From NCBI GenBank assembly GCA_000991575.1, contig LBRU01000009.1:698-64697 (forward strand): a stretch of 64,000 nt of DNA. The letters are read 5' to 3'. A model generated the notes under the pieces. That model was not told the DNA's origin and ran no database searches. It saw only the letters and a list, made by a program, of their open reading frames with translations. Source of the stretch: a candidate division TM6 bacterium GW2011_GWE2_36_25 (GTDB lineage Bacteria > Babelota > Babeliae > Babelales > UBA12409). This document shows positions 1 through 8,004 of the stretch, piece after piece (within the stretch, counting starts at the first letter, position 1; the number at the start of each line of letters is the position of its first letter). The position numbers were made by a program, and so were the translations under genes.

Positions 1-1110
1 GAGAGTAATGACATCACCTTCTCTTAAAGGCTCCTGCATGCTCCCCACATCGTGCGGCTCTAAACCAAGATAATGGCCAATACCATGCGTAAAATATTGT
101 GCATAACCCTTTTTTTCAAAAAATTCAACCGCGAGATGCTGCAATGATTCATGGGGCTTTTCTTTATTATTCAACCACATACCAGGCTTTACTAATGATG
201 CAATATAATCTTGGCATGCAAGTACTATCGCATAAATAGCACGTTGTCTTTGCGTGAATTTTCCTGAAATAGGAACCGTACGTGATAAATCAGCACAATA
301 ATGATTATATGATGCGCCGCAATCAATTAAAAGTAATTCATTCTTTTTCAACTGAGTATCACAATCAGCATAATGTAAAATCGTTGCGTTTTTGCCCGCA
401 GCAACAATCGAAGGAAAAGCTTCTCGTGCACCTCCAGCGATTATACCATACGTAAGGCCAGCAAGAACGTCACGCTCACAATCTTCTTCATTAATCAATT
501 CAGTCGCAGAAATAATCGCATCAGTCGTAATTCTGACTGCGTTAAAAATTTGAGCTACTTCATCTTTATCTTTTTCACGACGCATTTGGGCAACAATATC
601 ACTAATGTCAAGGATATTTTTCAATGAGTGCCATTGCTTTAAACGATCAATAAGTGACACCTGTTGAACATAATTAAATCCAGCTAATGGATAACAGGTA
701 AAAATATTTGGACTTTTTTCCAGCTCATGCAATAAATTTTTATATTCATTTTGAGCAAATAATGGAGAAAGCGCATAACCAGAAACATGTTCGCCAAAAT
801 ACTCTATTGCATCAACGCCAACGCGACGCGCTTCCCCATCAGTCTTTTCAATAACACCTGCCATCCACTGTTTTCTTTTACCATTGGTATCAGGAATAAA
901 CAACGTTGTTTTTCCATTGAAATCTATCTTGATCGCAAGCGCTGATTCAGAAATACCGGTAAAATAAAAGAATGTTGCGTCCTGACAAAAAGCTCCATGC
1001 GCCGATTCAAAGTGAGCCCATAAAAAAACAGCACCATCTTTTGATGAAAAACGAGTTTTTATCTTTTCAACTAATTGTTTTCGACGCTCAATAAATATTT
1101 CTTTATTCAT
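1..1110 (-). CDS. pepP: Xaa-Pro aminopeptidase (M24B), C-terminus cut by window edge
   Basis: Not in the ORF track because it runs off the window. Reverse translation from ATG at 1108-1110 gives MNKEIFIERRKQL... and, near the edge, ...THGIGHYLGLEPHDVGSMQEPLREGDVITL. This matches the HGxGHxLGLxxHD metal-site signature of M24 prolidases. The frame is exact (1110 nt = 370 codons). Confidence 0.8.
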   Translation of the reverse strand, partial: MNKEIFIERRKQLVEKIKTRFSSKDGAVFLWAHFESAHGAFCQDATFFYFTGISESALAIKIDFNGKTTLFIPDTNGKRKQWMAGVIEKTDGEARRVGVDAIEYFGEHVSGYALSPLFAQNEYKNLLHELEKSPNIFTCYPLAGFNYVQQVSLIDRLKQWHSLKNILDISDIVAQMRREKDKDEVAQIFNAVRITTDAIISATELINEEDCERDVLAGLTYGIIAGGAREAFPSIVAAGKNATILHYADCDTQLKKNELLLIDCGASYNHYCADLSRTVPISGKFTQRQRAIYAIVLACQDYIASLVKPGMWLNNKEKPHESLQHLAVEFFEKKGYAQYFTHGIGHYLGLEPHDVGSMQEPLREGDVITL

Positions 1111-1113
1111 TTT

Positions 1114-1716
1114 TTAAAACTCTTTTCGTTGTGCGACTGCTTTATACAAAGTAAGTCGATCCATAAATTCAAGTGATGAACCAACAGGCATTCCTTGTGC
1201 AAGACAGGTAATTTTGATGTTTTTATCACTTATTTTATCAGCGATATATGCAGCGGTTGTCTCACCTTCAGGTGTCTGGTTAAAAGCAAAAATAAGCTCT
1301 CGAATGTTTTCCAAACGTTTTATCAACAATGCAATAGATAATTGCTCGGCCCCAATACCATCAAGAGGACTTAAAACACCACCTAAAACATGATACAGCC
1401 CATTAAATGCCCCTGATTTTTCAATTGCCAAAATATCTTGCCATGATGCAACAATACAAATGAGCGTTTTATCGCGCCTTGCCGATGCACAAAACTGACA
1501 ACTACCATCTTTCTCTTGCCATGCCCAACAAATCGGACATTTAACAATCTGTTGCTGTGCATGTAATAGCAATGAACAAAACTCTTTCATCTGCTCATCA
1601 GACATCTGCAAAAAATGGGTCGCAACACGATAAAGATTTTTTGACGCCAAATAAGGCACTTTTTGCAACTGCCGTATCAACTTATTAAGTGAAGGCAACT
1701 GGTCTAATACATTCAT
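1114..1716 (-). CDS. recR: recombination protein RecR
   Basis: 200 aa with a C4 zinc finger (CPICWAWQEKDGSCQFC) followed by a Toprim-like region (LICIVASWQDILAIEKSG...). Length is typical of RecR. Confidence 0.9.
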   Translation of the reverse strand: MNVLDQLPSLNKLIRQLQKVPYLASKNLYRVATHFLQMSDEQMKEFCSLLLHAQQQIVKCPICWAWQEKDGSCQFCASARRDKTLICIVASWQDILAIEKSGAFNGLYHVLGGVLSPLDGIGAEQLSIALLIKRLENIRELIFAFNQTPEGETTAAYIADKISDKNIKITCLAQGMPVGSSLEFMDRLTLYKAVAQRKEF

Positions 1717-3251
1717 CTTTTAACTTTAATAAGCCAATTTTCTAAGCCGCCCATAAAAAAAGTCGTTACCATAAATAAAACAACACCCGATGCTAATCCC
1801 GTCATAAATGCGCCCATTATTAACGCAACGCCATACATGACAAATTGCTGCTGTTGCTTTTGTTTTTTGTTGGTTAATGAACTAACCAAAAAGCCAACCC
1901 CTGTTAAAATGGGTAAAATATAATAAGGATCTGGTGCTGACAAATTTGGAATCCATAAAAATGAAGCATGATATAATTCAATTGCAGAAGATAACAGACG
2001 ATTTAAAACAATAAAAACTGGCAACTGTAAAAAGAGGGGCAAACATCCTGCAGCCATCTTTCCAAAGCCATGTTTACGATATAACTCCGCCTGCTCTTGC
2101 CTGAATCGCTCAGGATCATTGTGATATTTTTGCTTAAGATATTGAGTCTTTTTTTGTAAATCAGCCTGACTCTTCATCGACTTTTCTAAATTAAGTTGTC
2201 CCTGAATGGTAAATGGCAATAAGAGCAACCGTATAAGCAATGTCAATAAAATAATCGCAATGCCATAATTTTTAATATATTTGTAGAAAAAATTAAGAAC
2301 AAGCAAAACAATCTTAATTAAAGGAGACAAAATACCATAATTTAACAACTGTTCAAGGCGTGGATCAACAGCGCCCATAATGGACGCTTGTTTTGGTCCA
2401 ACATAAAATTTCAAAAGCCATGAACCCGCACCCTTAATTTCAGCACTTTCAAGTTGCATCATCAAAATGTCTTGCGGTAAATCTGAATTAAATGCAGCAC
2501 GATAAACAAAATTATCTTGATCATGCGTCATTCCATGAACAAAAAACTGATCTGCTGCACCAAAAATAGATGGTTTGCGCCAGGTCTTATTCATTATTTC
2601 ATTTAATTTATTATAAACCTTTAATGTTTGAACATTTGTCACCTCATTAACAAATGCACAAACTTGATTCGCTTTCATACCGGTTACTTGTGGCGCAGGA
2701 AAAAAGAGGCGCATCTTACTCAAATCAGTTGCTTTTTTATCCAAAGCAATCTGCAAACTCATTTCTGGATACTTTTTGTTAATGGTAAAAATTTTATGAA
2801 CTAAATTGCCTTCAAAAGAAGCACTATAATTTAAAACAATAGACTCTTCCGTCTCTTTTTTTTCTTGCAAATTATAATAGAAAGGTGTCTTTCCATCAAA
2901 TGCAAGTAAGAATGCTTTTTGTTGACGATCCACGTTGTCAATGTCAATCAATGATTCTTTGCCATGTTTAAAAGAGATTTTATCTAAGACAGCACCCGCT
3001 GTTGAAAATGTTAATTGAGCATAATCGGTTTCAAATTGTACTTGATCAGCTGTTCTATCTTCATGTTCAATAAAATCAATATCCCACCGCAATGGAGCAA
3101 CTGCCTGTGGTTCATGTTTTACTTCATAAACTTGGCCTGAAGCAACCTCCTCTTGAGGAGCCTCTTTTGCTTTCCTTCCTAAAAAATAGTTAAAGCCAAT
3201 GGCAAAAAGAAGCGTTAAAAATAGAGGAACTATCAATCCCCGTATATTCAT
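1713..3251 (-). CDS. yidC: membrane protein insertase YidC
   Basis: 512 aa with an N-terminal TM, a large periplasmic domain and a C-terminal multi-TM core (GIAIILLTLLIRLLLLPF...QKYHNDPERFRQEQAELYRKHG) typical of YidC/Oxa1. It overlaps the recR start by 4 nt. Confidence 0.9.
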   Translation of the reverse strand: MNIRGLIVPLFLTLLFAIGFNYFLGRKAKEAPQEEVASGQVYEVKHEPQAVAPLRWDIDFIEHEDRTADQVQFETDYAQLTFSTAGAVLDKISFKHGKESLIDIDNVDRQQKAFLLAFDGKTPFYYNLQEKKETEESIVLNYSASFEGNLVHKIFTINKKYPEMSLQIALDKKATDLSKMRLFFPAPQVTGMKANQVCAFVNEVTNVQTLKVYNKLNEIMNKTWRKPSIFGAADQFFVHGMTHDQDNFVYRAAFNSDLPQDILMMQLESAEIKGAGSWLLKFYVGPKQASIMGAVDPRLEQLLNYGILSPLIKIVLLVLNFFYKYIKNYGIAIILLTLLIRLLLLPFTIQGQLNLEKSMKSQADLQKKTQYLKQKYHNDPERFRQEQAELYRKHGFGKMAAGCLPLFLQLPVFIVLNRLLSSAIELYHASFLWIPNLSAPDPYYILPILTGVGFLVSSLTNKKQKQQQQFVMYGVALIMGAFMTGLASGVVLFMVTTFFMGGLENWLIKVKR

Positions 3252-3407
3252 ACATCAGTCCTTATTTTTTATTAATAGAAACATTTTTTATCATTTTAAG
3301 ACTATCATACAAATTCAAAAAGAGCTAGCCAAAGCCTTTACGAAAAGATACCTTAATGATATAGTGAAGTTTCTGTAGTAAACCGAAAATCAAAGGGGAT
3401 CAAATCC

Positions 3408-3758
3408 ATGAGAATGCAGCCAGCTCATTTTCGCATCGGAGAACTCGCACAAAAAATTGGTGTTGAACGATTCGTTATCCGTTTTTGGGAAAAAGAATTT
3501 CAAATTAAATCTCATCGCTCAGATGGGGGACAACGATTCTTTACGCATAAAGAATTTGAAACATTTAAAACAATTAAACACCTTCTTTATGAGCAAAAAT
3601 TCACCATCGAAGGCGCAAAAAAAATCTTAAAAGATAACAAAAAATTGATTATCGGTTCCTACCGTACAACATTAAGCGCTCATGCAACAAATGATGAACT
3701 CTATTTAAAATTAAAAAAACTTCAAAGCCAATTAATTAAATTACGAGAAGTCCTCTAG
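3408..3758 (+). CDS. MerR-family HTH transcriptional regulator
   Basis: The N-terminal motif IGELAQKIGVERFVIRFWEKEF is a MerR-type winged HTH. The C-terminal part is coiled-coil-like. Confidence 0.65.
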   Translation: MRMQPAHFRIGELAQKIGVERFVIRFWEKEFQIKSHRSDGGQRFFTHKEFETFKTIKHLLYEQKFTIEGAKKILKDNKKLIIGSYRTTLSAHATNDELYLKLKKLQSQLIKLREVL

Positions 3759-3771
3759 CTATTTAACGACT

Positions 3772-5154
3772 ATGTACAAAAAAAAGGGACACATTCATTT
3801 TATGGGCATCGGCGGCATTGGCATGAGCGGTATCGCCAAAGTTCTCAAATGCCAAGGATACGAAGTTTCTGGCTGTGATCTTGATCATCAGCAAAAAAGT
3901 ATCTTTCAACTAAAAGAACTTGGATGCCCGATTGCTACTGCTCATCATTCTGAATTGTGTAAACAAGACAGTATCGATATTCTCGTCTATTCATCAGCAG
4001 TTTCAAAAAATCATCCAGAAATTATTCATGCGCAGCAACGAGGAATTCCCGTTATTCCGCGTGCGATTATGCTTGCAGAATTAATGCGCACCAAATATGG
4101 CATCGCCGTTGCAGGTGCTCATGGAAAAACGACAACCACATCCATGATTTCTCATATCTTAATGCAGGCACAATTACATCCAACGGTTATAATTGGTGGA
4201 CATTTAAAAAATATTTCAACCAATGCTCAATTAGGGAGTGGCAATTTTCTCGTCGCAGAAGCGGACGAAAGTGATCGCTCCCTGCTCAATTTGCACCCGA
4301 CACTAGCACTTGTTACCAATATCGATCTTGAACACTTGGATACCTACAAAGATCTTGATGATATCAAAGATACATTTAAGCAATTTTTAAACAATCTCCC
4401 CTTTTATGGAAAAGCATTTCTCTGCATAGATGATCCCGTTATTCGTTCTATTTTACCACTACCACACCTTAAAGTGATTACCTATGGACTTTCAGAAGAT
4501 GCTGATATGTGCGGCAAAGACCTTCAATTGGAAAAAACAACATCTCACTGTACCGTTTATGAAAAAAATAATAAACTTGGCACACTCGAACTCCCATTAG
4601 CAGGCGAACACAATATACAAAACGCATTGGGAGCTCTTGCCGTTGCATGCGATCTTGAAATTCCATTTTCTACGAGTGCTGATGCACTCAAAACATTACA
4701 AGGTATCGAAAGAAGATTTTCTTACCATGGAACGTACAAAGGGGCAGAACTTTTTGACGATTATGCCCATCATCCAAAAGAGATTGCAAGCATTCTTAAA
4801 GTTGCACGTCAACGGGCGCAAAAAAAATTGCATGTCGTTTTTCAACCACACCGTTTTTCACGCACGTATCATTTATGGAATGAATTTCTTAACACCTTCC
4901 TCACCAGTCAAATCGACAGTCTTATTATCACAGATATCTATCCGGCGAGCGAGGCCCCTATTCCGCACATTTCAAGCGAAAAACTCGTTGCAGCACTTCA
5001 ACAACAAAACCCTGCTTTTAAAACAACATATATTCCTTTGGATGATGAATTTAACGCAATCATTAAAAACCTCAATGAACACATCGAAAAGGATGACCTC
5101 ATTCTCTTTCTTGGTGCGGGCAAAGTTTATCAAATTCCTTACAAATTGAAATAA
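3772..5154 (+). CDS. murC: UDP-N-acetylmuramate--L-alanine ligase
   Basis: IHFMGIGGIGMSGIAKVL at the N-terminus, P-loop GAHGKTTTTSMI, and the Mur ligase middle and C-terminal domains. Length 460 aa. Confidence 0.95.
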   Translation: MYKKKGHIHFMGIGGIGMSGIAKVLKCQGYEVSGCDLDHQQKSIFQLKELGCPIATAHHSELCKQDSIDILVYSSAVSKNHPEIIHAQQRGIPVIPRAIMLAELMRTKYGIAVAGAHGKTTTTSMISHILMQAQLHPTVIIGGHLKNISTNAQLGSGNFLVAEADESDRSLLNLHPTLALVTNIDLEHLDTYKDLDDIKDTFKQFLNNLPFYGKAFLCIDDPVIRSILPLPHLKVITYGLSEDADMCGKDLQLEKTTSHCTVYEKNNKLGTLELPLAGEHNIQNALGALAVACDLEIPFSTSADALKTLQGIERRFSYHGTYKGAELFDDYAHHPKEIASILKVARQRAQKKLHVVFQPHRFSRTYHLWNEFLNTFLTSQIDSLIITDIYPASEAPIPHISSEKLVAALQQQNPAFKTTYIPLDDEFNAIIKNLNEHIEKDDLILFLGAGKVYQIPYKLK

Positions 5155-5212
5155 ATACTTGTTTTTAACTTTTTCTTTTTGTTAATCTAGTAATTAGAAA
5201 AGGAAAGGGAAA

Positions 5213-5476
5213 GTGATGAACAAATTTTTACTATTTTCACTTTTATTGCTCGTCAGCACTCATTTACTCAGCGTCCCTCGAGATGTAAGAGGTCGGCGAG
5301 GTGGACATGGGTGGCACCGCGGATATTATCCTGGTTGGCGAGGTGGTGCAGTAGCTCCTTATGCAGTAAATCCTTATTGGGGTTATAACCCGTGGTATTA
5401 CGGGGCTGGTCCTGGTGTTGGATTTGGTATCGGGGCGCCGAATGGTGGTTTTTATTTCAATATTCCCATTGATTAA
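5213..5476 (+). CDS. small secreted Gly/Tyr/Trp/Arg-rich protein
   Basis: Signal peptide MMNKFLLFSLLLLVSTHLLS. An AGGAAAGGGAAAG purine run lies upstream. The mature part is low complexity (GWHRGYYPGWRGG...GPGVGFGIG). Confidence 0.5.
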   Translation: MMNKFLLFSLLLLVSTHLLSVPRDVRGRRGGHGWHRGYYPGWRGGAVAPYAVNPYWGYNPWYYGAGPGVGFGIGAPNGGFYFNIPID

Positions 5477-5491
5477 AAAAGGAGTTGTGAG

Positions 5492-5782
5492 ATGAAAAAA
5501 CAGATATTTTTAATTTCATTGTTAGTTTTATTAATACCAATACATCAAGCAAAAGCTGGCGTTCATAGTGCGGCAGCAGTCGCTGGGGGCACTATTGGTG
5601 GTATCGCAGGTGGTATTTTAATTGGGTACCTCATTGGCAAACATGTTTCTAAAAAAAATAAAGAAGCAAAAACTGTACAAAAAACAACAAAAACAAACAA
5701 AAGTAAAAAGGCTAAAAAAACTAAAGCTGAGCCAGCAGTAATACAAACAACGGACGCAGCTCCCGAAGCAAAAGCTGCGTAA
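5492..5782 (+). CDS. small secreted/membrane glycine-zipper protein with Lys-rich tail
   Basis: RBS AAGGAG upstream, a signal peptide, a GGTIGGIAGGILIGYLIG glycine zipper, and then a KKNKEAKTVQKTTKTNKSKKAKK tail. Confidence 0.55.
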   Translation: MKKQIFLISLLVLLIPIHQAKAGVHSAAAVAGGTIGGIAGGILIGYLIGKHVSKKNKEAKTVQKTTKTNKSKKAKKTKAEPAVIQTTDAAPEAKAA

Positions 5783-5835
5783 ATAAAAAATGAGTGGGCA
5801 CTAAAAATGCCACCACTCAAAAATAGGAGGTTATC

Positions 5836-6111
5836 ATGAGAAAAATTTTAATCGTTACATTACTTTTAAGCACCCTCTCTCTTTCAGCTAAATACTCAAA
5901 TGATGACGAATACCCAAACACGCCACCCGTTGTAGGATCAGTTAAAGCTGCAGCTGAAGCACCTGCAGATATTGTCGCTGGATTAGGAGGCAAATCAATT
6001 TATGAAGATGAGGATGATCGCCTTCCAATTATTGGTGGTGTAGAAGCCGCCGGAGAAGGTGCAGCAAATATTGTTACAAGTTTTTTCGGAAAAGATATTC
6101 ATAAAAAATAA
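5836..6111 (+). CDS. small secreted protein with internal duplication
   Basis: RBS TAGGAGG upstream and signal peptide MRKILIVTLLLSTLSLSA. The motif VGSVKAAAEAPADIVAGLGGKSIYEDEDD is repeated as IGGVEAAGEGAANIVTSFFGKDI. Confidence 0.5.
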   Translation: MRKILIVTLLLSTLSLSAKYSNDDEYPNTPPVVGSVKAAAEAPADIVAGLGGKSIYEDEDDRLPIIGGVEAAGEGAANIVTSFFGKDIHKK

Positions 6112-6126
6112 TTATAAGGAGATATC

Positions 6127-6372
6127 ATGAAAAAGATTTTTATTTCATTACTTTTAATTATGTTATGTACCCCAAAACAAACTAAGCCTAACGGGGAAGG
6201 CCTTGGCATTGGTCTCGGCGTAGGCGCCTTAACCGGTATCGCCATTGGTGCCGCAGCTTCAAGATCTCGTGAACCAAAAGTAGTTTATGTAAGAGCGCCA
6301 GAAAACGATGAAGAAAATGATGAATACACTGATGACGATGATTACCAATCATTTGATGAACAAGATAATTAA
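6127..6372 (+). CDS. small secreted glycine-zipper protein with acidic tail
   Basis: RBS AAGGAG upstream, a signal peptide, a GLGIGLGVGALTGIAIGAAAS zipper, and an acidic C-terminus (ENDEENDEYTDDDDYQSFDEQDN). Its last codon and stop lie inside the repeat element beginning at about 6367. Confidence 0.5.
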   Translation: MKKIFISLLLIMLCTPKQTKPNGEGLGIGLGVGALTGIAIGAAASRSREPKVVYVRAPENDEENDEYTDDDDYQSFDEQDN

Positions 6373-6577
6373 GAACCTCGCAGCAAGCTACGAGGTATAA
6401 CGCTCGTATGGTTCGACTTGCTACATCCTGGGCAAAGTCGAAGGGTCACCACGAGCGCGCTCATCCTGATGCTTCGTCTGCGCTCAGCACTAAAGGCTGC
6501 GCTCATCCTGAGCTTGTCGAAGGATATGAGCGAATATAATGATTATGAAGCAAGCTTCGAGGAGTTTTACCTGTAAA
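6367..6577. repeat. composite hairpin-repeat element, family 1 (copy A, 211 bp, contains one 42-bp unit)
   Basis: It aligns end to end with the reverse complement of 20775-20943, with about 10 substitutions plus one extra 42-bp unit (TGCTTCGTCTGCGCTCAGCACTAAAGGCTGCGCTCATCCTGA). It contains the hairpin modules CGCTCGT...ACGAGCG and CGCTCAT-CCTGAG-CTTG-TCGAAGG-AT-ATGAGCG (6500-6532). Confidence 0.85.
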
Positions 6578-6595
6578 AAGAATTAAAGGGAAAAA

Positions 6596-6931
6596 ATGAA
6601 AAAATTATTTTTGTCGATCTTACTCTTAATTCCTTTGCAACAGTATGGTTGTTGTGGCGGCGATGGGTGGGGCTGGGGGCCTGCCGTTTTTGGCACAACG
6701 ATGGCAGCCGGTTTAACGGCAGCAGCAGTCTCTTCAAGCAACCGGCCTCAAACGGTTGTCATTGAAGAGCAACCAAAAAGAAGTGCAAAAAAAGAGATTA
6801 TGTATCTGCGCAAACAGATGAAAAAACTCATGGCGGATAATCAAAAAATGAATGAAATGATGCATGGGCTTCAGAAGGAAAATACGTCACTTAAAAAGGC
6901 GCTCAATCTGAGCCAAGCCACAGGTGCTTAA
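6596..6931 (+). CDS. small secreted protein (Gly/Trp N-terminal part, coiled-coil C-terminal part)
   Basis: Signal peptide MKKLFLSILLLIPLQQYG, then CCGGDGWGWGPAVFG, a hydrophobic stretch and a Lys/Met-rich helix. Confidence 0.5.
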   Translation: MKKLFLSILLLIPLQQYGCCGGDGWGWGPAVFGTTMAAGLTAAAVSSSNRPQTVVIEEQPKRSAKKEIMYLRKQMKKLMADNQKMNEMMHGLQKENTSLKKALNLSQATGA

Positions 6932-7320
6932 TTATTTTTGTGATGCACAACATCAACGCGGACTAAAGTAATATGTCGATGAGGACGAAGAGAAATAACG
7001 GCAACTCTGTATGGTTTTGCAAAAATCAAAACAGACTCATCTGAATTGTTTTCACCCGTTACATCCCACCCGAGACGCTCCATTTCAGCACGATAATACG
7101 TTGATAATTCGTCAACTGTTTTTGCGGTATTATAAGCGAAACTGGTCTCTGAAATCGATGCGCTCAATGGGCGACAATTTAATGGAATTGGAATATCTGA
7201 AAGGCGTGCCTCACATAATTGAATATCTATCGGGGCCCTTTTTTCTTTGAGGCAGCCCGTACATAGTAAACATAAAGCAGCCGTAATGAGAAATCTCATG
7301 ACGACTGCTTTATTCATCAT
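6928..7320 (-). CDS. possible lipoprotein, unknown function
   Basis: The N-terminal hydrophobic segment ends in LLCTGC, a loose lipobox. It converges on the previous gene with a 4-nt overlap. Confidence 0.45.
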   Translation of the reverse strand: MMNKAVVMRFLITAALCLLCTGCLKEKRAPIDIQLCEARLSDIPIPLNCRPLSASISETSFAYNTAKTVDELSTYYRAEMERLGWDVTGENNSDESVLIFAKPYRVAVISLRPHRHITLVRVDVVHHKNN

Positions 7321-7329
7321 ATCTTCTTT

Positions 7330-7791
7330 TTATTCTTGTTCAGTTGCTTCTGGCTGTTTTTCAACAACCTTTTTTACTGCAGTTTTTTTCTTTGAAGCAG
7401 CTGCTTCTTCTCGTTGTTTTTTAGTTAACATTTTTTCTTTAAAGCGAGCAACTTTACCAACACGATCACGCATATAATAAGCTTTTGCACGACGTGTTTT
7501 ACCTTGTCGCACAACATTGATGCTTTTAATTATTGGTGAGTAAAAAGGAAAAATACGTTCAACGGCCACATTATTTGCACCAATTTTACGCACAGTAAAA
7601 GTACTTGATGCACCTTTTTTGCGCATTGCAATAACATCACCTTTAAAAATTTGAACGCGTTCCTTATTTCCTTCTGCTTCAGGAACTAATTGATGAACCT
7701 CAATGGTATCACCGATCCAAAATTGAGGAAAGTCGCGCTCTGTCACGCCAAGATTTAGAATTGTCTCACTTGTTAATTTTTCCGCTCTCAT
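7330..7791 (-). CDS. rplS: 50S ribosomal protein L19 with Lys/Glu-rich C-terminal extension
   Basis: The core ...IGDTIEVHQLV..GNKERVQIFKGDVIAMRKKGASSTFTVRKIGANNVAVERIFPFYSPIIKSINVVRQGKTRRAKAYYMRD matches L19. About 35 extra C-terminal residues follow. Confidence 0.9.
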   Translation of the reverse strand: MRAEKLTSETILNLGVTERDFPQFWIGDTIEVHQLVPEAEGNKERVQIFKGDVIAMRKKGASSTFTVRKIGANNVAVERIFPFYSPIIKSINVVRQGKTRRAKAYYMRDRVGKVARFKEKMLTKKQREEAAASKKKTAVKKVVEKQPEATEQE

Positions 7792-8004
7792 TATAGTAGG
7801 CCTTTTAATATATTATAGAATAATCTTCGAAATTTTAGAGATCTTTCTTTTATTAATATAGCTAAAAAAGACCATTCTGCCAAGAAAAAAGTTATCGCTC
7901 TCGCCCAACGCAAATAAAATTTTATAATTGACAAAAATTGATAATTTGGCATACTTATAATACAAATAAAATATAAAAGAATTTTTCTAAATGGAGGCTA
8001 TCAA

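Noticed and set aside
4478-5149. The alternate-frame and antisense ORFs 4478-4666 and 4637-5149 inside murC.
   Set aside because: They are nested in a conserved Mur ligase gene. The translations are Lys/Phe/Leu-rich artefacts of AT-rich DNA.
5563-5820. An 85-aa minus-strand ORF antisense to the glycine-zipper gene 5492-5782.
   Set aside because: It is the mirror-image translation of a Gly/Ala/Lys-rich gene. It has no RBS, whereas the plus-strand gene has an RBS and a signal peptide.
7921-7965. A TTGACA hexamer (7929-7934) and a TATAAT (about 7958) upstream of the AAA+ gene, considered as a promoter.
   Set aside because: The spacing between the hexamers is about 23 nt, too long for a sigma70 promoter. 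A-T-rich DNA yields such hexamers by chance.
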